Shown here piece after piece: positions 29,567 to 37,741 of a stretch of 64,000 bases of DNA; position 1 is the first letter of the stretch; each line of letters starts with the position of its first letter. The position numbers were made by a program, and so were the translations under genes. This DNA comes from Poseidonia sp. GTDB taxonomy: Archaea > Thermoplasmatota > Poseidoniia > Poseidoniales > Poseidoniaceae. The notes under the pieces are model-generated. The model made no database searches, was not told where the DNA came from, and was given only the letters and a program-made list of their open reading frames with translations. The stretch is from NCBI GenBank assembly GCA_049617635.1, contig JBMZJQ010000002.1, positions 8,558 through 72,557 of the forward strand. Reading direction: 5' to 3'.

Positions 29567-30061
29567 ATGAGTTCCTGGTTGTTTCCGACCACTGCGGACG
29601 TTGGCATGCGGGTGTTCGGCTCATCACTCGCCAACCTCCTGCAGGAGGCAGCCTACGGCATGCAAACCTATCTTCTCTCATCGGAAAGCAACCACTCCGT
29701 CGATGCACTGCTTCGGCACACGGGAGAATGGCGGGTACGGACTCAACACCAACCCCACGACCCGGCCTACCTCTTTCTGGCCTGGCTTGATGAAGTCCTC
29801 TACCGAGCAGAGGTGCACCAGCAGTGGTTGGTTGACACGGTCATCCGAGTGAACGAAGATGATACGGGGCTTGAAGCCGTGATTCAAGCCTCATGGGTGA
29901 GCGCAGGAGAGGTTGAACGGGAAATCGAAATCAAGGCTGTCACCACCCATCGACTCGTTGTTCGCGAAGTTATGGAAAGCGAGATGATTGCCAGTGAATG
30001 GGATGACGTCCCTTCGTTCGAAGGACCGGGCTGGTACGCTGACGTGGTGTTTGACATTTAG
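29567..30061 (+). CDS. Archease (RtcB tRNA-ligase cofactor)
   Basis: FPTTADVGMRVFGSSLANLLQEAAYGM matches the archease N-terminal signature (EHTAD[VI]G...G). Confidence 0.8.
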   Translation: MSSWLFPTTADVGMRVFGSSLANLLQEAAYGMQTYLLSSESNHSVDALLRHTGEWRVRTQHQPHDPAYLFLAWLDEVLYRAEVHQQWLVDTVIRVNEDDTGLEAVIQASWVSAGEVEREIEIKAVTTHRLVVREVMESEMIASEWDDVPSFEGPGWYADVVFDI

Positions 30062-30365
30062 GTGGGAGGGCCAAGGGTGGACGTGCGCCTCCTGCGGCCA
30101 AATCCGCAGGCATTCTCCATCCCGGATCCCCACAGCACCCATGGCCCCAGGTAGGGCTGCTCCGTTCCCGGCCTGACCTAGTCCCCCGGTTATTCACTTC
30201 CCGTTTCCTTCCGGAGACGGTTCATGACACCCGAGTCATGTGGGGGCGAGACATCAACGTCCGCCTACGGGAACCACAGGACCGCTTCCGCCGCCCCAAG
30301 GCGTTCAGCCCACCATAACGACGCTTTGTGGTACAGGGTACGCCGAGCTCCCCACCTATCCCACC
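30061..30365 (-). ncRNA. ffs: Signal recognition particle 7S RNA
   Basis: Minus-strand sequence has an Alu-domain 5' end GGUGGGAUAGGUGGGGAGCUCGGCGUACCCUGUACC and a helix-8-like CAGGCCGGGAACGGAGCAGC. The 5' GGUGGGA pairs perfectly with the 3' UCCCACC, giving about 305 nt. No protein-coding potential. Confidence 0.75.
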
Positions 30366-30382
30366 ACACCGTCTTGTTCAGC

Positions 30383-30392
30383 CTATATGAAG
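30383..30392 (-). promoter_or_regulatory. Candidate TATA box (TTCATATAGG) about 25 nt upstream of the SRP RNA 5' end
   Basis: AT-rich decamer at the expected archaeal spacing from the predicted mature 5' end. Identical to the decamer upstream of the S19e operon. Confidence 0.4.
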
Positions 30393-30408
30393 GCAACGAA
30401 GTGGGCGT

Positions 30409-30807
30409 TCAGGATTCTGAGGCGGCTTCTTCGTATTTGCTGGGGCATGATGTTTTGATCACGCGGGCATCCAACGTGTACACCTCTCCATCGAATTCCA
30501 ACACACCCTCGGCATAGACCGTTCGGTTGTCATCCAAGCCGTTGGAAACCGATGCATCAGCAAACACCACACGGATGGTGGATGTCGCACCCTCGAGGAC
30601 AAACGACATCGTGCCGTTGTCAATGGTGCCGTCTTGTACTTCACCTCGAACGGCAATCTCCCTGCCAACATGTTGGTCGGGCGAGGCCATGAGTTCGTCA
30701 ACTGTTTGCGTGGGAACAGGCGATTGAACAAGTAACGTGGCGAGCAAAGCAAGCGTAAGTACGCCCCCGATGACCAAGATACGGGTTCGCCTTGCCCACA
30801 TCGTCAA
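30409..30807 (-). CDS. CcmE-like haem chaperone (OB-fold), CxxxY variant
   Basis: N-terminal TM anchor, an OB-fold core (VRGEVQDG...MSFVLEG...TIRVVF...YAEGVL) and a C-terminal KTSCPSKY in place of the bacterial HxxxY. Confidence 0.55.
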   Translation of the reverse strand: MTMWARRTRILVIGGVLTLALLATLLVQSPVPTQTVDELMASPDQHVGREIAVRGEVQDGTIDNGTMSFVLEGATSTIRVVFADASVSNGLDDNRTVYAEGVLEFDGEVYTLDARVIKTSCPSKYEEAASES

Positions 30808-30825
30808 TCACCAACCTTCGGACCC

Positions 30826-31962
30826 TTAACAATCCTCGCCGCTCAAATCACGGCTTCCTCTTGCATCATCAAGACTGGACATGGAATGTTCCGCAAGGTG
30901 GCGATGCAAACCCGAAACCACGGATTTGGTAAGGCTCGGGCCTTCGAAAACAAAACCGCTGTAGGCTTGAAGCAAGGTCGCACCCGCCTCAATTTTTTCC
31001 CAAGCATCTCGACCTGAGGAGATGCCACCAACCCCGACGATGGGCCAATCTGGGCCTGCCAGTGCCCTCACCTCTTGAATCAAAGCCGTGGAACGGTCCT
31101 TCAGCGGCTTTCCACTCATGCCACCCGCTTGCTCGAACACACGTGCGTCCGATGAGGCACCAGCATCAGGCCGCTGAACCGTCGTGTTGCTGACCACCAT
31201 TCCGGAGGCACCTTCTGATTGAGATGTACGAACGATCATCGCCAGTTGTTGCGCCTCAAGGTCCGGGGCGATTTTGACGAGAAGCGGTTTTTCCGCCGCA
31301 CCATGCGCTTCTGCGCAAGACCGATTGACCTCGTTGCAGGCTTGTAAAATGCGTGTCAATCCCTCATCGTTTTGCAATTCGCGGAGTTGAGGGGTGTTGG
31401 GAGAAGAGACATTGATCACAAACACATCCGTGAATTCCCACAGCCGTTGCATTGAGGTGGCGTAATCCTCGTGGGCATCCTCGAGCGGGGTGATTTTGGA
31501 TTTCCCGAGATTCACCCAAAGCGGTACTGGCGGACGGCCGTGGCGAGAAAAATAGGCTTGCAAGCGTGCTTGAATGGCTTCGCTTCCTTCGTTGTTGAAC
31601 CCCATCCGATTCACCAACGCCTGTGCCTGATTGGCACGAAACATGCGAGGTTTTGGGTTTCCATCTTGGCGGTGCATGGTCACCCCGCCTATTTCGATAA
31701 ACGCAAGACCGAGGGCGGACCACCCGTTGAGCGCAACCGCATTCTTGTCCATGCCGGCGGCGAGGCCGAAGGGGTGGGCGTAGGTCTGACCGAACACCGT
31801 GACAGGAAGGCTACGTCGTGGTTTGTACAACGATTTCAACATCCATCGACCAGGTGGTGTGCTGGCGGCCAAACGAAGCATGGAGAGCGAGCGAAGATGG
31901 GCTTTTTCGGAATCTTGGAACCTCAACAACGGTCGCCCAAACAAGCGATAACCGAGGCCCAT
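30826..31962 (-). CDS. pyrD: Dihydroorotate dehydrogenase (quinone), class 2
   Basis: Aligns with E. coli PyrD from MGLGYRLF...EKAHLRSL. Contains GLAAGMDKN, NRMGFNN, INVSSPNT and a C-terminal GVGGISSG. The ORF stays open 507 nt further upstream (to 32469). Confidence 0.8.
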   Translation of the reverse strand: MGLGYRLFGRPLLRFQDSEKAHLRSLSMLRLAASTPPGRWMLKSLYKPRRSLPVTVFGQTYAHPFGLAAGMDKNAVALNGWSALGLAFIEIGGVTMHRQDGNPKPRMFRANQAQALVNRMGFNNEGSEAIQARLQAYFSRHGRPPVPLWVNLGKSKITPLEDAHEDYATSMQRLWEFTDVFVINVSSPNTPQLRELQNDEGLTRILQACNEVNRSCAEAHGAAEKPLLVKIAPDLEAQQLAMIVRTSQSEGASGMVVSNTTVQRPDAGASSDARVFEQAGGMSGKPLKDRSTALIQEVRALAGPDWPIVGVGGISSGRDAWEKIEAGATLLQAYSGFVFEGPSLTKSVVSGLHRHLAEHSMSSLDDARGSRDLSGEDC

Positions 31963-32536
31963 GAAGCGATGTCGTGCATACCATCCTTCAAGACTTGCCT
32001 TCGTTTGCAAGGTTTCATGCGAATCACGGACCCTCTCTGGCCTGCGGTCCGCGAGGTCGCTCGAATTTTGCTGCGAGAGGAACATCTCAGCGTCCATGCA
32101 CCCCAATGGCTCGAAACACAACTCAACGAATTGTCTCTCGCTATGGGTGATCACCTTCCATCTCGAATCCACTTTCCAACCTGCACCGTGATCCATGATG
32201 GTCCTGTTCGAATCGTACAAAACGAAACCGACCGCTGCCTGGTTGAAATTGGAGCGGTTGAACCCGCCATGGACGTGGTGTGGCTCCCTTTGGAGCATGA
32301 CGTTGCATGGCATGCTATTCACGAAACGGCGCTCGATTTGCTCAGGGCGGGTTACCCGGGTTGTCGGGACTGTGCAGGGCCTGAGGCAGAACAAAAATGG
32401 AACGAAGCCGTTCACCGGCGGAACTACAATTCTCGAGGCAAAAACCAACCATGAAATGAAACATTTCATGTGTGCGTGAAGCGCATTGTGGAAAGAAAGG
32501 AGGGTTCAAGTAGAGTCGTCGGTGCGCTTTCACATC

Positions 32537-35287
32537 ATGTCCATCGTCATCATTGCCGAGAAACCCAGTGTTGCCGAGGACCTTGCCAATGTCTTGGGTG
32601 TTGGAAAAAAGACGGACACGCACTGGCACAGCGAGGACCTGGTCATCACCTGGGCCGTAGGTCATCTCCTGGAACTCAAAATGATGGATGACTACGATGA
32701 AGCCTTCAAAAATTGGCGAAAAACCATCGAACGCCTCCCTTACATTCCCGAGGCGTTTGAATACAAACCGAAGGGTGGCCGAAATCGAACGCAACTCAAC
32801 GCCATCAAAAAATTGCTCAAGGACAAAGGCGTGACTGAAATTGTGAATGCCTGCGATGCTGCACGAGAGGGAGAACTCATTTTCCGGACCATCGTGCAAC
32901 ATGCGAAGGTGAAAACGCCAACCTCTCGAATGTGGATGCAATCCATGACCTATGATGCACTCCTCACGGCGTTTGAAGAACGCCAACCAGGTGAAACCTA
33001 CCAAAACCTATCCGACGCTGCGTATGCCCGTTCCCACGCCGACTGGGTCATCGGCATGAACGGTTCCAGAGTCGCCAACACCTTTTTGCCCCAAAATCGA
33101 CGGGAGCGTTCATCCAATTCGCTCGGCCGGGTTCAAACCGCGACGCTTGCCCTGGTGGTTGATCATGAATTGCAAGTGCTCTCGCATGTTCCGCTTCCGT
33201 ATTGGCAACTCAATGCGACGTTCAATGCAGGTGATGCCACATGGATGGCACGCTGGGAACGTGTGGGGCACAAGGACGACCCTGACCAACCCGAATTGAA
33301 GGCTCATCGTATCGTTGAACAATCCGAAAAAGAAGCCATTGAAGCGGTAATTGCTGCCGGTGGGCCGTTTGAAACCGAAGAAACAAATCGGACAAAAACC
33401 GAACAACCACCGCTCAATTTTGACCTCACAACCCTTCAGAAGCGGGCGAACAGTTTCTGGTCGTGGTCCGCCAAGCGAACCTTGAGTGTCGCTCAGGACC
33501 TGTATGACAAATTCAAACTCACCACCTACCCCAGAACAGACTCCAAGCACCTGCCCGAAGACATGCACGAGGCAGTTGCGAAAACACTGGACCAACTCAA
33601 AGCACAAAACGACTACCAGGAGCACGTCAATCGGCTCCAGGCCGAGGGGCTTTCCAATGTGAGCCGCAATTTCAACGATAGCAAGGTGTCCGACCACTAC
33701 GCCATTGTCCCCACCGGGCAAACCCCACCAGCATCGTTTGGCGGTGACCACGCAAAGCTCTACGACATGATTGTGCGCAATTTCTTGGCTTCATGGCATC
33801 CACCCGCCGAATGGACCGTGACGAAGCGAACGACCACAGCCTCAGGCCATCAATTCATCAAGGAGGTTGAATCGATTCAGACGGCAGGTTGGAGAGCGGT
33901 GATGACCAAGAAAGACAACGTGCCTGAAGGATGGGGGAATCTTCCGTCCAATCCCGCACCTTCCACGTTGCAGGAACACGAATTTACAGAGGAATTTTCC
34001 AAACCGAAGAACCGACTCAAAGAAGCCAGTCTTCTGCAGTTGATGGAGCATGCTGGCAAACACATCGACGATGATGAGCTGGCCGAGGCCATGAAAGACA
34101 AAGGCCTCGGTACACCCGCAACACGAGCCGACACCATTGAGAAATTGTTGACTCGAAATTACATTCGACGTTCGAGAAACGGCACCATCAGTGCCACACC
34201 TCATGGTATACGCATGATTGACATTCTCCAACGCATCCCTGTTGAAATGATCACTTCACCCGAACTTACTGGCGATATGGAAGCGTCCCTTCTCGCTGTT
34301 CAACGGGGTGAAGAAAGCATGGCCAGTTACATGGGCAAAGTGGTCGATTTGACCACCCAAATGGTCGAGAGAATTCGCACCCATGAGCGAAGCCAACTGT
34401 ACGCCAACGAACCCCCTCTCGGCGCCTGTCCAGCGTGCTCTGCCAACGTCGTCGAGACCACCTTATCCTACCAGTGTGAACTCAACGAGGGGCGAGACAA
34501 AGGATGTTCCTTTGTGTTCTGGAAAGACACCTCAGGTCGCTGGTTCGACCGCACCACCGCTACCCGTTTGCTCCAACAACGAACCATCGAAAACCTACAC
34601 GGTTTCTTCTCACAAGGAGGCGAAGGGTACGAAACGTCGGTGGAGCTAACCGATGACGGCAAAGTCAACGCCAAAGGTGCCTCAGCCGGAACGGCGAGTG
34701 AAAAGGACGAGGTCCTCTGTCCGTGTCCTGTTTGCGACCACGGAGACATCCGAATCACCTCGACCTCCTATGTGTGTGACCACGACGCTTGCACCTTCAG
34801 AGGCATGCAGAACGTGATGTGCAAGCGCCCGGTGACACCCGAAGAGGCAAAAGTCATTTTCACCCAAGGCCGCTCCGTGCTCCTTGAAGATTTTACTTCA
34901 AAACGCAACAAACCGTTCAATGCCTTTCTCGTTCTTGAAAAGAATCGTGTTTCGTTTGATTTCCCGCCACGCGAGGCAAGTGCGGATGCCAAGCGATTCC
35001 CGGTTGAGCCCGGTGTGGTTGGCGTATGTCCCACACACAGTGCCAACATCATTGAAACGGAAACGCACTACACCGTGGAAGATTCGGGGACAGGATGTAA
35101 AATTCACATCGAACGGTGCATCTCGAAGCGTGACATCACGCGGGATGAAGCAAAGGCATTGATTGAAACAAAGAATTTGGGTCCCTTTGACGATTTCACA
35201 TCGAAGAAAACCGGAAACCCCTTCGCTGCTTCTCTCTACCTTCGAAAGAACGAATCGGTTGCGTACAAATTTGCAAAACGCTCCTGA
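32537..35287 (+). CDS. topB: DNA topoisomerase III (type IA) with three C-terminal zinc ribbons
   Basis: Toprim N-terminus MSIVIIAEKPSVAEDLA, catalytic region and the TDSKHLPED area. C-terminal C4 clusters CPACS...C, CPCPVCDHG...C and CPTHS...C. Confidence 0.85.
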   Translation: MSIVIIAEKPSVAEDLANVLGVGKKTDTHWHSEDLVITWAVGHLLELKMMDDYDEAFKNWRKTIERLPYIPEAFEYKPKGGRNRTQLNAIKKLLKDKGVTEIVNACDAAREGELIFRTIVQHAKVKTPTSRMWMQSMTYDALLTAFEERQPGETYQNLSDAAYARSHADWVIGMNGSRVANTFLPQNRRERSSNSLGRVQTATLALVVDHELQVLSHVPLPYWQLNATFNAGDATWMARWERVGHKDDPDQPELKAHRIVEQSEKEAIEAVIAAGGPFETEETNRTKTEQPPLNFDLTTLQKRANSFWSWSAKRTLSVAQDLYDKFKLTTYPRTDSKHLPEDMHEAVAKTLDQLKAQNDYQEHVNRLQAEGLSNVSRNFNDSKVSDHYAIVPTGQTPPASFGGDHAKLYDMIVRNFLASWHPPAEWTVTKRTTTASGHQFIKEVESIQTAGWRAVMTKKDNVPEGWGNLPSNPAPSTLQEHEFTEEFSKPKNRLKEASLLQLMEHAGKHIDDDELAEAMKDKGLGTPATRADTIEKLLTRNYIRRSRNGTISATPHGIRMIDILQRIPVEMITSPELTGDMEASLLAVQRGEESMASYMGKVVDLTTQMVERIRTHERSQLYANEPPLGACPACSANVVETTLSYQCELNEGRDKGCSFVFWKDTSGRWFDRTTATRLLQQRTIENLHGFFSQGGEGYETSVELTDDGKVNAKGASAGTASEKDEVLCPCPVCDHGDIRITSTSYVCDHDACTFRGMQNVMCKRPVTPEEAKVIFTQGRSVLLEDFTSKRNKPFNAFLVLEKNRVSFDFPPREASADAKRFPVEPGVVGVCPTHSANIIETETHYTVEDSGTGCKIHIERCISKRDITRDEAKALIETKNLGPFDDFTSKKTGNPFAASLYLRKNESVAYKFAKRS

Positions 35288-35337
35288 AAGCGGTGAGGCG
35301 AAGGAAGGTTGAAACACAACCTCTCGAACCAGAAAAC

Positions 35338-36552
35338 ATGGAGCCTGTCGACTACGATGTCGTGATCGTTGGCGCCGGACCCATAGGCGGACGAGCCGCC
35401 ACACTCTTGGCGGAACAGGAGTTGAAGGTCCTCATGTTGGAAGAGCACGAGGAACTCGGGCGGCCGTTTCAGTGTGCAGGTTTGGTCACACCGTCAGCGA
35501 TGAACATCGTTCAAGCACATCACACCGTTCTCGAGGAAGTTGATGGCGCCCTCATTCATGGCCCAAGCGGAACCTTGGTACCGGTAGGCACCGAAGGCAC
35601 GCTTCGCACATACGTGGTGTGCAGGAAGCGATTTGACCAGTATGTCGTCCAGCAAGGGATGCTGGCAGGGTCGGAGTTGTGGTTAAACGCCACCCCGCAG
35701 GAAGCCGAGGTCACGGATGAGGGCGTTGACCTGAAGGTTCGTGTGGGTGACGACATTGTTTCGCTACGATGCAGTCTGTTGATTGGTGCTGATGGGGCCC
35801 ATAGTTGGGTACGGCGGAATTTCAAAATGGGGCGCCCCAAGGAAGTCATGATCGGTTTCCAAACCGAAGTCGTCGGTTATCAAGGCCGAGATCGCTGGCT
35901 TGAAATGTACAGCGGGACGTCCATCGCGCCAGGATTCTTTGCTTGGGTGATTCCCTCAGGGTTTGGAACCCATCGAGTTGGTTTGTGGTCAACAGCCGAC
36001 CGATTAGACGGCCGCAGCATCGAATCATGCTATCGAGATTTGCTTGAACATCCCTTGTGGAAGGAACGCTTTGCTGGCGTGCAAGAAGTGGCCTCCTATT
36101 GCGGTCCGGTCCCATCTGGCATGGTCAAACGACCGGTCAAAAATCGCGTGCTGTTGCTCGGTGACGCCGCCGGAATGGCCAAACCCACGACGGGAGGGGG
36201 TATCGGCCCTGGTTTCCATCAAATTCAATGCATTCTTGAGCCGTTGGTGGAGGCCATTCGGGCTGATGACCTCTCGGAGTCGTCTTTGCGTGCCATCACA
36301 AAAAAGCCGTGGGAGAAAATGAAGCGTGAGCAGGACAAGGCGAGAGCGTTACGGAACCTGCTGGTGAGTGATTGTGACGACGAAACATTGGACAGACACT
36401 TCAACGCCTTTGCCCATCCAGACACGCTCCAAATCATCAACGAAATCGGCGATATTGAACAGCCCGTTCCGCTCGGAATGGCCCTGCTGCGCCAAGTGCC
36501 AGCCTTCCGCCCACTGGCGTTGAAGGCTGGAGTCCGACTGTTGTTCACCTGA
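35338..36552 (+). CDS. Geranylgeranyl reductase family FAD-dependent oxidoreductase
   Basis: DVVIVGAGPIGGRAA Rossmann motif, CAGLV and GDAAGM motifs typical of GGR. Confidence 0.75.
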   Translation: MEPVDYDVVIVGAGPIGGRAATLLAEQELKVLMLEEHEELGRPFQCAGLVTPSAMNIVQAHHTVLEEVDGALIHGPSGTLVPVGTEGTLRTYVVCRKRFDQYVVQQGMLAGSELWLNATPQEAEVTDEGVDLKVRVGDDIVSLRCSLLIGADGAHSWVRRNFKMGRPKEVMIGFQTEVVGYQGRDRWLEMYSGTSIAPGFFAWVIPSGFGTHRVGLWSTADRLDGRSIESCYRDLLEHPLWKERFAGVQEVASYCGPVPSGMVKRPVKNRVLLLGDAAGMAKPTTGGGIGPGFHQIQCILEPLVEAIRADDLSESSLRAITKKPWEKMKREQDKARALRNLLVSDCDDETLDRHFNAFAHPDTLQIINEIGDIEQPVPLGMALLRQVPAFRPLALKAGVRLLFT

Positions 36553-36561
36553 GGGATTGAG

Positions 36562-37704
36562 ATGGAGACGCTCAAGGAAACCCATCGCATTCGTTACCCA
36601 CCGTTTGAAGCCCAGCGCTGGATACCCAATGCCTTGCCCATCGCCGAACAAATCCACGAACACGGCACCTTTGCATCCGTTGAAGAGGCCACGGAGCACG
36701 CAAAAAGCCTCGGTCCAGCCTTCCAACTTGGCTCGAATGAATCATGGTTGATGGAGCGCACGTATTCCTTCGGCGGAAACAACATTTTGCTGGACCATGA
36801 TGATTCCATCACCGAAAATGATGCCTTCGTTGACGTTGTGAGGCGTCAGCGACAAGGGTGGTATTTGATTCCAAATCCTATCCACAACATTCTACGCCGA
36901 TTCATCAACGGCGTCGTTATCGTGCTTCTGCTGAGTCTGTTTTACCTCTTCATTTCCCCCTTGCTTATGCTTGTAGGACTTCCTGTCTACGGCCTTGAAA
37001 CAGTACGATGGGGACTTCTCGACTATCCAGCACTCGCTGTTTTTGTCGTTCCTCTCATCTTTGCGCCGCTGTTGATTCGTGTTCTGGCGAACCTCATCGA
37101 ACTGACGCGACAAAACAAATTCCTCGCTACTCGACCTCCTCGTCCAACCCTCACGTTTGATGCAGACCCTGTCGCTGACCAGCCACTTCGAATGAAGGTC
37201 AGGTTCCCACAACACGCTCCGGAATGGAACCACATCGATGTGTTTTGGCGGGTTGGTGTGTTACCGCCATCACGAGAAGTTCTCTTGCAAGAGCTGGGTA
37301 GGGAACATCACCGACAACCTCCTCCCGGTTTGTCCACCGAACTGCCTCACCACTGGGTTGTGGGCTTGGATGATGGTACGGCCGGTGGAGAGGATGCACC
37401 CATGGAAATGCAAGAGGTCCGAGGTGGTCTCTACCTGCGTCCGATGCGAATCATGGCAAGCAGCAAAGGCCAACGATGCGAGGGTGATGGATTTGTGGAA
37501 CTTGAACCACCAACCGGTGTTTGGCCAGGGTCGGTCAACACAGATCTGTTACGTGTTCATTGGGAATGCATCGTTCGTATCGACCGTGCTCGGGGAGGAG
37601 CCTTGCTTTGGGTGGAGCCGTTACGTGTGGCCCACCCATCCTCATCGGTTCTGGTGGAGCCTCTTCCGCTTCACGATGGCAGGTCGGAATTGGATATCAC
37701 CTAA
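36562..37704 (+). CDS. Hypothetical membrane protein
   Basis: Three or four central TM helices flanked by soluble domains. No recognisable motifs. Confidence 0.45.
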   Translation: METLKETHRIRYPPFEAQRWIPNALPIAEQIHEHGTFASVEEATEHAKSLGPAFQLGSNESWLMERTYSFGGNNILLDHDDSITENDAFVDVVRRQRQGWYLIPNPIHNILRRFINGVVIVLLLSLFYLFISPLLMLVGLPVYGLETVRWGLLDYPALAVFVVPLIFAPLLIRVLANLIELTRQNKFLATRPPRPTLTFDADPVADQPLRMKVRFPQHAPEWNHIDVFWRVGVLPPSREVLLQELGREHHRQPPPGLSTELPHHWVVGLDDGTAGGEDAPMEMQEVRGGLYLRPMRIMASSKGQRCEGDGFVELEPPTGVWPGSVNTDLLRVHWECIVRIDRARGGALLWVEPLRVAHPSSSVLVEPLPLHDGRSELDIT

Positions 37705-37741
37705 TCAACACATTGAAGGACACCCATGAGAAGCAACAGGC

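Noticed and set aside
30061-30365. Alternative identity of the non-coding region as RNase P RNA
   Set aside because: It lacks the P4 GGAAAGUCCGGGCUCC-type consensus. Alu-domain and helix-8 SRP signatures and length fit 7S RNA better.
31471-32454. 327-aa plus-strand ORF
   Set aside because: Its first half is antisense to the DHODH core. In the second half, third-codon positions are AT-rich, contrary to genuine genes here, while the opposite frame is GC3-rich.
33110-33751. 213-aa minus-strand ORF
   Set aside because: Antisense inside topoisomerase III.
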